The notes beneath the pieces are model-generated. The model ran no database searches and was not told where the DNA came from. It worked only from the letters and a program-made list of their open reading frames with translations. Below, one piece after another: positions 1 through 14,019 of a stretch of DNA of 64,000 bases. Position 1 is the stretch's first letter. Every line of letters begins with the position of its first letter. The translations under genes were made by a program, and so were the position numbers. The DNA is from the human T2T-CHM13v2.0 reference genome, Homo sapiens, in NCBI RefSeq assembly GCF_009914755.1, contig NC_060928.1, one strand, 5' to 3'.

Positions 1-734
1 TAAGTCAGAGGTATGTATAAAAGCAACTTGTTTGCAATGTCTTTTCTCTGTCTTATCATAGGATAACCAGGTTTGATTTTTTCAAATACTAAGAAAATTT
101 ACCTGATTTGAAATACGTTTCAAGACTTAATGTATTCTAACATTTCTTGCTATTAAGAACCACTAAGTCCCCAACAATACTACAGTCAGACTCCAGTTGA
201 GAACCAAAGTTGCAGGGTGGATCTAGCTTCAGGGAAAACCCCCCAACCTCCACCCCTAAAAAAACAAATGCCTTTATTTCAATTGCATTCACAATATTTC
301 TGATCTCACAGGAAAGCAAAAAGCTTTAACGTAAAAAGCCTACAAATTTCTCCACCAATATTTGTCCATATTGGGGATTTATGATAGCAGGCAAAGAGAG
401 GCAATAAAGTGGTATGGGCTTTTTTTCAGGTTTCATTATTTATTATGAAAATAACACATTCACAGGATTGAAAAAAACTCAAACAATAAAAGTCCCTTTA
501 TCACCCCAGACTCTGAGCTGTCAACTGCTTGTTATATGTTTCTCCAGAAAAATTCCAATGCACATACAAATATACATGCATCCTCTTTCTTTATACATGG
601 AAGCATATCACACACAGTGTTCTCTACTTTGGCTTTCATTCTAAATTTTATCTCAGAGAGTTTTCTATAGCTTCATATCTGGAGCAACCTCATTGTTTTA
701 AAATGTATTAGGGCCTCTTCCCCTGTAGCCCCAG

Positions 735-2097
735 TGATATGGGGCAGTATAACTTCTGACTGCATGACTTTGGAGAGGAGCCTGGCCGCAGATGGCCGGG
801 CTTCACAGAAAGATCACCTTCTTCCCATACCATCCTCCTTCCAGCTCCCCTTCTGCTGAGAGCCACTTCTGCCACTTAATAAAATCCTCTACATTCATAA
901 ACTGTTCCTGTGACCTGATTCTTCCTTAATGATGAAAAAGAATTCAGGACACACTGGGTGCAGGAACCCAAAAAGTCTGTCACACTGACTCTTCACGGAG
1001 CTGTTAACATTTAAGCCATCCGTGGAGGCAAAGCTAAAATAGCATTGTTTATAACATGTGCCCTCTGGGGCTCCAGAGCTCTGTCACAGGCAACTTCTTT
1101 TTTTTTTTTTTTTTTTTTTTAATTTTTTTTTTTTTTATTATACTTTAAGTTTTAGGGTACATGTGCACATTGTGCAGGTTAGTTACATATGTATACATGT
1201 GCCATGCTGGTGCGCTGCACCCACTAACGTGTCATCTAGCATTAGGTATATCTCCCAATGCTATCCCTCCCCCCTCCCCCGACCCCACCACAGTCCCCAG
1301 AGTGTGATATTCCCCTTCCTGTGTCCATGTGATCTCATTGTTCAATTCCCACCTATGCGTGAGAATATGCGGTGTTTGGTTTTTTGTTCTTGCGATAGTT
1401 TACTGAGAATGATGGTTTCCAATTTCATCCATGTCCCTACAAAGGACATGAACTCATCATTTTTTATGACTGCATAGTATTCCATGGTGTATATGTGCCA
1501 CATTTTCTTAATCCAGTCTATCATTGTTGGACATTTGGGTTGGTTCCAAGTCTTTGCTATTGTGAATAATGCCTCAATAAACATACGTGTGCATGTGTCT
1601 TTATAGCAGCATGATTTATAGTCCTTTGGGTATATACCCAGTAATGGGATGGCTGGGTCAAATGGTATTTCTAGTTCTAGATCCCTGAGGAATCGCCACA
1701 CTGACTTCCACAATGGTTGAACTAGTTGACAGTCCCACCAACAGTGTAAAAGTGTTCCTATTTCTCCACATCCTCTCCAGCACCTGTTGTTTCCTGACTT
1801 TTTAATGATTGCCATTCTAACTGGTGTGAGATGATATCTCATAGTGGTTTTGATTTATGATACCAAAGCCGGGCAGAGACACAACCAAAAAAGAAAATTT
1901 TAGGCAACTTCTACTCACTGCTGCAGGCTGGTAAAGGGTTCCTTCCTGCTGGAGCCCAAAGGCACTCGCCCCAGCTCCTGCACCCCCTCACCTGCATGCT
2001 CCCCCTCTCGAAAGCTGTTTGAGTGTAGCTTAAAGAGTAAATGAGCCATACCCCTGTTCCATGTCCCAGAAGGGGTGGAGGGAACTCTCCTGTCTCA
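735..2097 (+). mobile_element. Solo ERV1-class LTR (LTR1/LTR27/LTR28/MER52-like), about 550 bp, interrupted by an L1
   Basis: Starts TGATATGG, ends GGGAACTCTCCTGTCTCA, internal AATAAA near 877, 4-bp TSD CCAG at 731-734 and 2098-2101. Confidence 0.8.
1099..1903 (-). mobile_element. Young 5'-truncated and inverted L1 (L1HS/L1PA1-like, ACG/A 3'UTR type): about 760 nt of ORF2 3' end, 3'UTR and poly(A), plus a 46-nt inverted ORF2 piece
   Basis: ORF 1342..1842(-) is the ORF2p C-terminus ([19 protein letters not shown]); 3'UTR GATGACACGTTAGTGG; tail of about 40 nt; TSD AGGCAACTTCT at 1088-1098 and 1902-1912. Confidence 0.96.
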
Positions 2098-2373
2098 CCA
2101 GTGCATTGGGAGGCTAAGGCAGCAGGATCACTTGAGCACAGGAGTTTGGAGACCAGCCTGGGCAACATAGCAAGACCCCATCTCTACAAAAAATGAAAAA
2201 TTAGTCAGGCATGGTGGTGTGCCTGTAGTTGTAGCTATTTGGGAGGCTGAGGTGGGAGGATCACTTGAGCCCAGGAGTTTGAAGCTTGCAGTGAGCTATG
2301 ATCATGCCACTGCATTCCAGCCTGGAAGACAGAGGAAGACACTGTTTCCAGAAAAATAAAAAATAAATTTAAA
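2098..2373 (+). mobile_element. AluJ; its degenerate 5' head appears to lie at about 710-734, before the LTR
   Basis: Dimeric Alu with J-type GGATCACTTGAGCCCAGGAG and GCAGTGAGCTATGATC; CCTGTAGCCCCAG at 722-734 joins CCAGTGCATTGGGAGGCT at 2098. Confidence 0.88.
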
Positions 2374-2419
2374 AGTATCACAGTAGGGATAAACAGTCCC
2401 TGCTATGCAACAGCAATGA

Positions 2420-3870
2420 AGCTTCAATGGACAAGCTTTGTGCACATTAGGAATTATATTTTCAGATAGTTCCTAGGTTTGTAACTGATCAGTGAAATCT
2501 ATATACCTTTCAATATTGATGGTATTTTCAAATGGGCCTTCAAAAAGATTGTATCAATTTAAACACCCATCAAGAAATTATGCCTTTAATCAACACTACA
2601 TATTAACAAATGTTTGGATCCTGATGACATCTCCTTAGATACTTAATTACCATTTACATTGCTGTTCCTGTATCTTGTTATATCAACAACTCTGCTCGAT
2701 TTTCTATTCGGTTGCTGATCTTTTCCTTAAATATAGTTTAGGAGATATTTATGTATTTATAAAATTAGCCCTTTGGCTAATATATAGCCACAGATACTAT
2801 AACTAGTTTTTAAATCTGTCTCTTGGTTTTGTTTGTGGTTTTCTTGCTTTGGATATTCAAATTTAATAATGCCTTCCTGTAAGACTTATAGATTGTGTGT
2901 CTTAATTTAAAAGACTATGCCCATCACTGAAACCAACCAACCAACTGCCAAATTTTCTACTAATGATGATGGTGATGGTGGCGATGATGATGATGATTTT
3001 AAGCCCCAACATCTAGCATTTATTTTATTCTAAAGAATGAGATAGATTCAAGTTTTCTTTATTATTTTTCTATTTCCAACTTCCTATCTTGTTATATCAA
3101 TTCATGTATTGAATAAACTATTTTCCTCACTGGTTGAAAAACTGATCTTTATTACATTCTAGGTAATGTAATAGGTACAAATGCCTTAGGTCTTTTAGTG
3201 TTTCTTGATCTCTATTTTAATCTATTAATCTGTACGTTTTGTCCTCTGCTAAGATCAAACTCTTTTAACTTCTTTAGCATTATATTTATAATGAGTTGGG
3301 TTTTCCTCATTACTCTACTATTTAAGAATTATCTCAGCTATTTTCCCAAATTATTTTTAATAAAATGATGGTGACATTACAGATTCATTTATAAGCATTA
3401 GACATTTAAACATATTCGACCTTTCCATTCAAGAATATGTCTTTCCTTAATGTAAGTCATGATATCTTTTTTGCCTCTAAGTAGGATTTTTAAATTTCCT
3501 TTATAAAATTCTGCAAAATTTTTGATAAGTATATACCTACATGTTTTCTTTTACATAGCTATTCTAAATGACATCTTTTACTGCATTTTAATTTGAATTG
3601 GCTGTCTGTACATAGGAAAGTTGGTTGGTGATACAAATTTTTTATCACCTATTTTCTCTATTCTCTTCATTTAAAGATTTTTTTTCTTTTAAAATGCATA
3701 CATTTTCCAGGAGTAAAAAATCACATAATTTGTCATAAATGATAATTTTCTACTTTCTTCACTATTTTTGTACCTCTTCATTACTTGTGTTGTCTAATGG
3801 CACTGGCTAGTAGATTAGAATAATACCAATTAATAATGGTATCTGTGGGCATCTTTGCCTTTTTCCTAAC
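2420..3870 (-). mobile_element. Highly decayed ancient L1M/L1ME fragments
   Basis: T-rich with patches resembling antisense L1 ORF2/3' end (caaaaagattgtatcaatttaaacacccatc; ctttccattcaagaatatg; aatggtatctgtgggcatctttgcc). Confidence 0.55.
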
Positions 3871-3875
3871 TTCAT

Positions 3876-4495
3876 TCTTTTTATTTGTAGTAATTTATGG
3901 GATATAAGTATAATTTGTTGCATGAATAGATTGTATAGTGGTAAAGTCAGGGCTTTTGGGGTATCCATCACCTGAATAACATACACTGTACCTATTAAGT
4001 AATTTCTCATTACCAACCCCCCTCACCCACCTGCATCCTTCTGAGTCTCTGTTGTCTATCATTTCACACTCAACATCCACATGTACACATTATTTAGCTC
4101 TCACAAGTGAGAATATGTGGCATTTATTAATATATTTCTGGGTCTGAGTTACTTCACTTAAGATAATGGCTTCCAGTTCCATCCATGTTGCTGCAAAAGA
4201 CATGGTTTCAGTCTTTTTTATGGATGAATAGTATTCTATTGTTTGTATATATCACATTTTCCTTATCTGATTATCCACTGATGGGCACTTGGGTTGATTC
4301 CCTATCTTTGCTATTGTGAATAGAGCTATGAAAAACATGTGAGTGCAGGTATCTTTTTGATGTAATGATTTCTTTTCCTTTGGGTAGATGCCAAGTAGTG
4401 GTATTGCTGGATTAAATGGTGTTCTATTTTTAGTTCTCTGAGAAATCTCCATACTGTTTTCTATAGAGGTTGTACTAATGTACATTCCCACCAAG
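3876..4495 (-). mobile_element. L1PB-type 3' end fragment
   Basis: ORF 4252..4503(-) has [18 protein letters not shown]...DTCTHMF..ALFTIAK; L1PB-like 3'UTR (ggtaaagtcagggcttttggggtatccatcacc). Confidence 0.88.
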
Positions 4496-4896
4496 TTTTT
4501 CAAAACTTTAAAGGTAATACCTACATGAGTCTAGTATGTCAGCCTTTGGCTGGATGCTGGCCTTTTCTGTAAAGTTCTGGATGAAAATGAAAGCTCCTAA
4601 TAAAGCTATGTTGTATATTACTCCATTCCTGAATCTCAGGGGAACTGAGAAAGTACTGAATTTCCTAAATCTTCTCTTAGTTCTCATCTATCTCTCCTGA
4701 ATTTAAATGAAAACATGCAAACTATTTTAGTTTACAGTTAATTTATAAGGTAGTCTTAATCATTGATGTATGTAATATTAATTAATTTTTATGTACAATT
4801 ATAAAAAATAAAGATTTCACAGAGAAGAAATCTCTCTCAATATATGTGTATATGTGTGTGTGGGTGTGTTACCAACATAGCATGAAATTGTTATAA

Positions 4897-6785
<1,889 letters not shown>

Positions 6786-8458
6786 AGAATAGTTTTGTTT
6801 CTATTTATAATCTTCCTATATAGGCATGTCATTATTTTAGTAAAGATAAGCCTGAATATGTTGTAACGTATTTGAGTTTTTGTTATTTCTCTTTCCTTTT
6901 ATCATTAAAGCTTATTTGTTTGAAATCTATACAAATACATGAGCTGAAACAAATAAAACTCAATCCACTTGAGATTTTGAAGACATCTGGTGGAGTTATT
7001 TTCTGAGTAATTAGACCAAGAGGTGGGACAATTCCCTGAAGTAAGCTACCCTATAATTGGATACCCAGTTATATCTGCAGTCATCAGCTTGCATTCAGTG
7101 AGCATATTGATTCACAAATTGACAAGCAATTATGTAGAGTTGCCACCTGATTTTCCAAAGACCATTTATGTTATAAAGAATATGTCCTACATGCTTTTTA
7201 AAAAGTTGCCTCTTCTCAGTCCTCTCATAGTCTGTTCTATTTCTTTATGTTCTGTCACATCAATATGCTATTTATCTTGTCGGAGATCTTGAAAGTAGAA
7301 AGTAGAGCCCTCAAGTGCTGGTCTCTACTTGTCTCTGGTTAATCCAACATTTGGGAACAAATATGAATTATTTACAATTTGGATTTTGAACATGTGTATC
7401 CATTTTGGTTCAGAGAGATATCTATTAAGGGTAAAAAAGATATTTAAATGCTTCAATTTTTGTCATGCTTGATAATCTTTGGCTTGAAAATGTTGAATAA
7501 TAAAGTATTAATAGTTAAATATATGTCAACATTACAAAATCATAAGTCTGGAAGAGATCTGAAAGTTCAAAGAGTTATTCTGTCTGCTGGAGAGCAAAAA
7601 CACGTATGCTACCATGGAAAGATATATATGTTTCCAATTTAAAAGAACTCCAGGAGATTCCACAACTACCCTAATTTATCCATTGTGTAGCAGAAAATTG
7701 CTATCCTTTATATCTAATTGAAATCCCACAGGTTATTAGAATCTACTCCATCCTTTCTTTGCCTTTAGTATTTTATCTTTAAGGATGGTATTTACAGAGC
7801 AGCAAAGTCAGGAGTTTTAACCAAGCCAGGGGCAAAGATAATCAGATCAAGACCCTCTGAGAAAGGGCTACAATTACCATTTCTTCTGTTCATGAATCCT
7901 ACACTATCACTGTTCTGAATCACCCTCAATTTAATTTTAGATAAGAGTTAGGAAGTTAGGATTCACTTTGGATGTAAGTTATGAGTATAAGATACTTTGA
8001 ATCTATGACATTTACAAATCCTTAACAAATATAAGGGCAAACTATGCACATGGATTAACATTAGACATTAATGTAAACACGTTCAATTTATCCAAGTTAA
8101 AAATGCTCCCCAGATCTCGGGATATTTAGATCTGACTACCACGCAGGTGCAATTCAAGAATATTATTATTTGCTTGGGCATTTAACATTGTCAGTCTATT
8201 CATTCGCATTATTTATCTTCTTAAGTATGAACCATGTTTTAATTTCATGTAGTCCAACAGGAAGCAAGTCAAGATTTATTCACACCATTTTACTTTTCAA
8301 CACATGAAACAAGATCACCAAACCTTAACCAAACCAATTCAAAACTTTTTGTCAGAGAATAACTCCATTTTCCATTCCACTAATTGAAATAACAGTATGT
8401 CCACATGCTAGAGTAGTGAGTAAGTGAATCTTGAAGTGCAATGCAAATGCAATGGAAA

Positions 8459-8464
8459 ACTCAC
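8459..8464 (-). promoter_or_regulatory. UNC5C: 5' splice donor of UNC5C intron 2
   Basis: G|GTGAGT consensus donor where UNC5 similarity ends. Confidence 0.93.
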
Positions 8465-8686
8465 CGGAAGTTTCATCTACTCTTTCATCTACTATGTGGT
8501 CCTTCTGATGAACCCATTCGCTATTACACTTGAAATAGATCTGGGTGGCAGGGCTTGCTTTACAGTACAGGTTCACAGGCTTATTCTTCACAATATAAGC
8601 TTCTTCAGGCTCAATAAGGAAATGTGGCAGAGGCTCAGGTGGATCAGAAGGAAAAGTTTCTGGGAGTTCATGAAAAAAGTCATCAT
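8465..8686 (-). CDS. UNC5C: UNC5C (unc-5 netrin receptor C) internal coding exon, exon 2; 222 nt, phase 1-1, encoding [75 protein letters not shown] (N-terminal part of Ig-like domain 1)
   Basis: Peptide in ORF 8352..8732(-) matches the recalled UNC5C N-terminus (UNC5-family motif [29 protein letters not shown]). Canonical acceptor ttcttctttctcAG|ATGATGAC at 8687/8686 and donor TCCG|GTGAGT at 8465/8464; length is a multiple of 3. Confidence 0.97.
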
Positions 8687-8720
8687 CTGAGAAAGAAGAA
8701 GAAAGTGGAAGATGGTTAAC
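8687..8720 (-). promoter_or_regulatory. UNC5C: 3' splice site of UNC5C intron 1: candidate branch point, polypyrimidine tract and AG
   Basis: Minus strand reads gTTAACcatcttccactttcttcttctttctcAG; putative branch A at 8716, 30 nt upstream of the exon. Confidence 0.85.
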
Positions 8721-8779
8721 ACATTGTAACAACTTGCCTTCTACTTGCTAGTCATGTAAAAATAGTGACTTATAAATGC

Positions 8780-9000
8780 AGTAATTAAGTGATTTGAATG
8801 CCTGCTGTGTGCCAGGCTGTATGTTAGATCTATTGACTGGTCATTTAAGGATATGGATTATTATTCCCATTTCTATACACAGCAAAACTCAACATCAGGG
8901 AGGATAAGTAAGTTGCCCTGAGCACATAGGTAGTAAATAGCAGAGCTGAAACTGGAATTCATGTGTATCTCAATTAAAAACCATGATCTTCCCAATGTAT
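8780..9000 (-). mobile_element. MIR
   Basis: attattattcccatttc...gggaggataagtaagttgccctgagcacatagg matches the antisense MIR core. Confidence 0.75.
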
Positions 9001-11679
9001 CACTACATTTCCCATTATAGAGTGTCACCCTTGAGAGCAGACAAAAGCAAGAGCAACTTCATTAGAAACATGTATTTGAAAATCATAAGGCTCATAGATA
9101 AAGCTTACACACTTTGCAAGGAGCCGAGCAGAAATATTAGAAACTTTAATTAAGGATATTTACGTTCCAATTCAAATCTGTTGTTATTTTCAAAAGATGT
9201 CATTGTGTGAAATATTCATTCAACCCAAAATTTAAAAACCACTTTAGATAATTTGCACACTTTGAGATACATTTTAAACCTGGATTCTGCATGATTCAAA
9301 ATAAAAAATTAATAATAAATGTGCTTTTTATAATAAAACCTATTATTGTGTTTTACAAAAGTCAAGGTAAAAACAGTCTTTCCAACACACCATAAATAAG
9401 TTCAGCCTAATAATAATCTTCCAATTGGGACAGAGGAGAACAGAGCTATTACTAATTCCCCAAACTGGTTACAAATACATAATTGAAAACTCTGATGTCA
9501 AAATTAAAATTTTTTTACAAGTTCTTTAAATGTACGTATATTCAGTAGTAAATATAGAGCATGGTATTGGTACTTAAAGGCTGGTTGCTCACATATTGTC
9601 TTGAAAGTCATTTTATTTCTCCTTCAGTTGTTGCCCTGTGTTGGAAGATAGCCATTGGTATAGTGGACATCTGTCCACTAAGAAAACTGGCTTGGAACTT
9701 TTTTCATTCAAGTCATAAGATAGCTGTCAAATAGTAATGATGTCCGGTCTCTGCTACTCTGTTTTGCAGTAAAAATTGACTTCACTTGCATCACTGACAA
9801 AACTAGCATTCCAAGCTGCCCACAGTAGTAAATTTTTGACACTGAAATGTAAATGTTGTTTCCTATACCTAGATATTTCTTCTCACTTTACCTCCTTAAT
9901 TTGCTTTCTTTTGGCAGGGCATCATTTCTAGTTTTTCCATTGTTGAACATCAAGGACCAAAATTGTCAGCTTACTAAAGAATAACCTTGTTTCCATCAAT
10001 TGCAGCTCCTTTAGTCAATATGCAAGAACATTCAAGACTGCTTAAATAAACATAGCTCAGAAAGGCAAAGGGATGAGGAACTGAACTATTGACAAATCCA
10101 TCAGCATGAAACTGATGTCTTGAAGGTCTTAACCAATTTTTTTTCTTCTAAAGCACTTACTGTTATATGTGATGATGGACAGTGCTGATAATCAATAAAG
10201 CTCCGCAAAACATGACTCAAATTCTATAGAAGTTAGCTGTTGGTTTTAATTATTACTATTTATGAAGGTGGAAGGTCAACTAGACTTTATTTTTTAACTA
10301 TGTTTGTACACATAAAACATGTGACTGTATTTAATAACTATTTATTTAAGCATGCAAAGTATAATAAATCTTTCAGCCATTGTTTCAGAAGGTAAAACTT
10401 GAAAAGGAATGATTGCAAGATACAGATGATTGTATACTACCTTACCTTATTCAATAATATAGCAAAAGTATTTAAATGTTCACATGCTATAGAAAAACTT
10501 CATAGGCACTAAAAATTGATTACTCTGCCTTGCCAAAGCATGTATCTCTTTCTTCTGATTATTTTATTGTAAACTACTGAAAAGACAAATGGAAGCAAAA
10601 AAGTCACACATTTTCAAGTCAAAAGCAGCTCTGTTAAATGCTGGGAAAAAAGTGATAATTTAACAATATATTTAGAAAATGTATGGGCAAACTAACTTTG
10701 TATTTCCTTAATTTTGACTTTTAAGACAACATGATCACCACAAGTAAAGAGAGATGAACCTATATCTTGGTTTGAGGTTTCACACAGTTATTGATTTTTC
10801 AAGATGTTTGTTAACACTTGAAAATGCAACTTATTAAGGAAGATTTCTATCATTAGAAATGTTTTAATTTAATAAATCCAGTTTTTCTTTGCATATCATT
10901 ATAGTTTCTGCAGAATCAATCATTAAAAGTTTATCTAGAGAGATGCCTTAGCCAACCACAGCATATTAGTTTATTAAGATTTCCTATAATATTCACAAAG
11001 TAAAGTCAAGCCTATGCCCTGGATGAATTCCTGTTATAGGCAATATGGCATATCACTTCTATTACTCAACTCAGTTGTTGAGAATGATATTAATATAGAA
11101 AATTCAAGAACTTGATTTAGTAGATATGTACAGTGGGACAGATATGATAAAATGCAAATAAGCTGATTATCAGTGGGCTCACCCCTGTTGTGAAATCCTT
11201 GCCTTCTCCACATACAAAAATGAGCTGGGTACCTTACTCAACCATCGAAGTTGGTCCCACCATCAAGTTAACATACTAAAAGGACACTTTCTGATTCTTG
11301 CTCCATAGAAAACTGTCAAGTTTCAGCATTAATTCTCAGATACAGTGTTATTTTAGAAATCATCTTTTTACGAAACTGTATCCTAACTTTTTTCTATTCT
11401 AGAGAAAGTTTTGAAAATGAAACAAGCAAGCCAATTCTCTTCAACTAAAATAATAGATGAAAACTTTAATTTAAACATCCAGCATGACTATAGCTACATG
11501 TATTTAAAGATAAAGTGATCAGCTACAAATACTATTTATCCTACATGAATATTTAGCTCCTCTGTGTAATGCATTTGCCAGTCATACAAGTGGAGGAATC
11601 TACTTTTCAGTTTTGCAATTGGTTTTATAAGACTATTACCAATTTTCAAAAAACTTGAAATATACAATAAATGCTTAAC

Positions 11680-11790
11680 ACTAGAGATGAAACTCTTTGA
11701 AAGCAGGGACTATATTGATTTCATTTTCATTTTCCCTAAGTCTAGCACATTATATGGGGTCAATAAAAATCTTACAAATGCATGAATATT
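11680..11790 (+). mobile_element. L2 3' end
   Basis: ctctttgaaagcagggact...tctagcaca...caataaaaatc...tgcatgaat. Confidence 0.6.
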
Positions 11791-11904
11791 ATACTAATGG
11801 CAACTTTGATCATTCCTAAGAGATTCACAAGGAATTTTAGAGTTTATAGTGCCTCAGATTCATTTACAATTATAAGATGTTTTAACAATAGAAATATCTA
11901 CAAA

Positions 11905-12064
11905 CAGGACTGGCTACAAAATTTGTGTGGCCCGGTGTAGAATGGAAGTTCAAGATCCCTGATTAAAAATTTATTAAGAATTCTGAGATTGTGACAGCAG
12001 AACATTAAACCAAACACTGGTCCTGTGTGACAGCAGAGGTCACATACCCGTGAAACCAGCCCTG
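11905..12064. mobile_element. MER45A-like hAT (Tip100) non-autonomous DNA transposon
   Basis: TIRs CAGGACTGGCT...AACCAGCCCTG and perfect 8-bp TSD TCTACAAA at 11897-11904 and 12065-12072. Confidence 0.85.
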
Positions 12065-14019
12065 TCTACAAATGTCAGGTAAATGAGCATCTCACTTCAT
12101 GGAAAGTCTGAAAAATGAAATTGCATCTTTATTACTGGATATTCATTTTGGAACTTAGTTTGTTTTCCAGCTTCTTGTGGTAATTAGCTATTTTCTAAAG
12201 GAAAACACAATTGTTCAGACTGAGAAACTCAGGCTCATATCAATTCTCTAAGCAAGCGTATTTGCAATGGTGTGCAAGGGAAGGTGTGTGACTTTATGTG
12301 TCTGTGGCCTTCCTTTGGATGTTCCCTAGTGCCCATCAAAGGTCCTCTGTTCCAAAATAAGTAAAATCCCTGCCATGCTAAAATTTTTACTTTTTCAGGG
12401 CATTAAAGGACTGCTGAACCCATGGGGATAAGAAAATCTGTGATTCCACCCTGAAGTGGTAGACTGTTTACTGAGATCAGTACCTTCAATTCAATTAATA
12501 TTACCATACTACAAAAAAACCCCACAAAACAAAATGAAAAAAACAGCTTTATGATACTATTAAGGTCATGCTGCAAAACTTGGAGCTATAAAAAAATTGA
12601 TTTTTTTTTCTTCAAGGACATCAGTGAGTACATCCTCTTACCACTTTATTTTTTAATATAAATATCTGAAGGAGTGACATTAGGGTGATAATAGGAATTC
12701 AGTTTGTGAACAGCAACTTCAGACTGTGAACTTATTTCTGGCAACATGCCACAGGTACCCCAAATTATTACCTTTTCTATAAATGCACACCCCAGCTGCT
12801 GGTATTGACTGCATTGTGCTATCTGGGCAAAATGACTTGATTAATTAAATTGTGAAACACGTTTTGTACATGTAGTTCATTCAAATTAACAAGGTAAAAT
12901 TTCCAGAGTTGCTTTTGTTCTGTACATTGAATTCAGTGTTAACTTAATGCATTTTTGATTTAGATGTAACGCTATTATTCATTTTACCCTCCTCTGATAT
13001 TTGACTTAATTTTCCACTTTCTACTATTACTCAATACTGACATTCCAACAGTAGTACCATTTTTATCTTGATATCAATAAATCTCAGTATTTCCTTTTTT
13101 CTGTTATCTCACATAGGCTTTTGCTGTTTCATTTATACCCAAGAAGAGAAAGCTTTTCACCATGTATTATTTTTATAGACTTTCATTCCACCTAATTCTT
13201 CACAGGAATATATTATGCTATGAACATCAATCTAGGGAGCTTTAGGTTGCTGATTTTATTGCTATATATCAAGCCTTAATTTTCATCAACTTAATACATA
13301 AGTTTCTATATTTCTGAATCATAAGACTTAAACTATTATTGCTCATATCATAAAATATAGGACCATTATCTCTTTGTCTGAGACTTGAAGCATACTCCTC
13401 TGAAATGGAATTTACTTCCAAGTGATTCAAGAGCAATTTAAAATGAATGACTGCAAAGCTAATGTTATCTGCATTTGGCTACCCATCCATCAGAGAGATA
13501 ATTCATGATATATTACAGCAAAAGGCAGCTGGAATTAACTAGTTGAATGAGACTCCAGCTTATTTTTAATATTTTGATTAAAATATCCTCAGGAAGACAA
13601 AGACTATGGTCTATATTTCAAGCAATATATTAATGGATTCATCATTTAAATTCAAGTCGTTGACTACATAATGCCTTAAATGTATTGCACAACTTGGAAG
13701 TACTGAATGATTTCTAACTTCAAAACAAACTTTTTTTTGCTTTTAAAGAAATACTTGCCAAATCATGCCCATACATTATTAATAATATACAGCTAATATG
13801 CTAGTTGATATCCACTTAACTCTGAAAAGGGGGCACCATCTTCTGCCCGCTTAAGCCTTCATGAACTCTGACTTTTATTAATTAATCTATCCTCCTAAGT
13901 GTTTTCCAGCCTATCATCTCTACCTCTGCCATGTAGTCTACAGTGTATTCTTAGAAGACATTTTCACACAAACACATTTACCCCCTTTTGCAAATAATTT
14001 AATAAATGTAATGTGATGT

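Noticed and set aside
8424-8690. 88-aa plus-strand ORF overlapping the exon
   Set aside because: Antisense shadow of the UNC5C coding frame with a non-ATG start and no recognisable protein.
8687-8732. N-terminal [15 protein letters not shown] part of the 126-aa ORF
   Set aside because: It is the translated branch point and polypyrimidine tract, not coding sequence.
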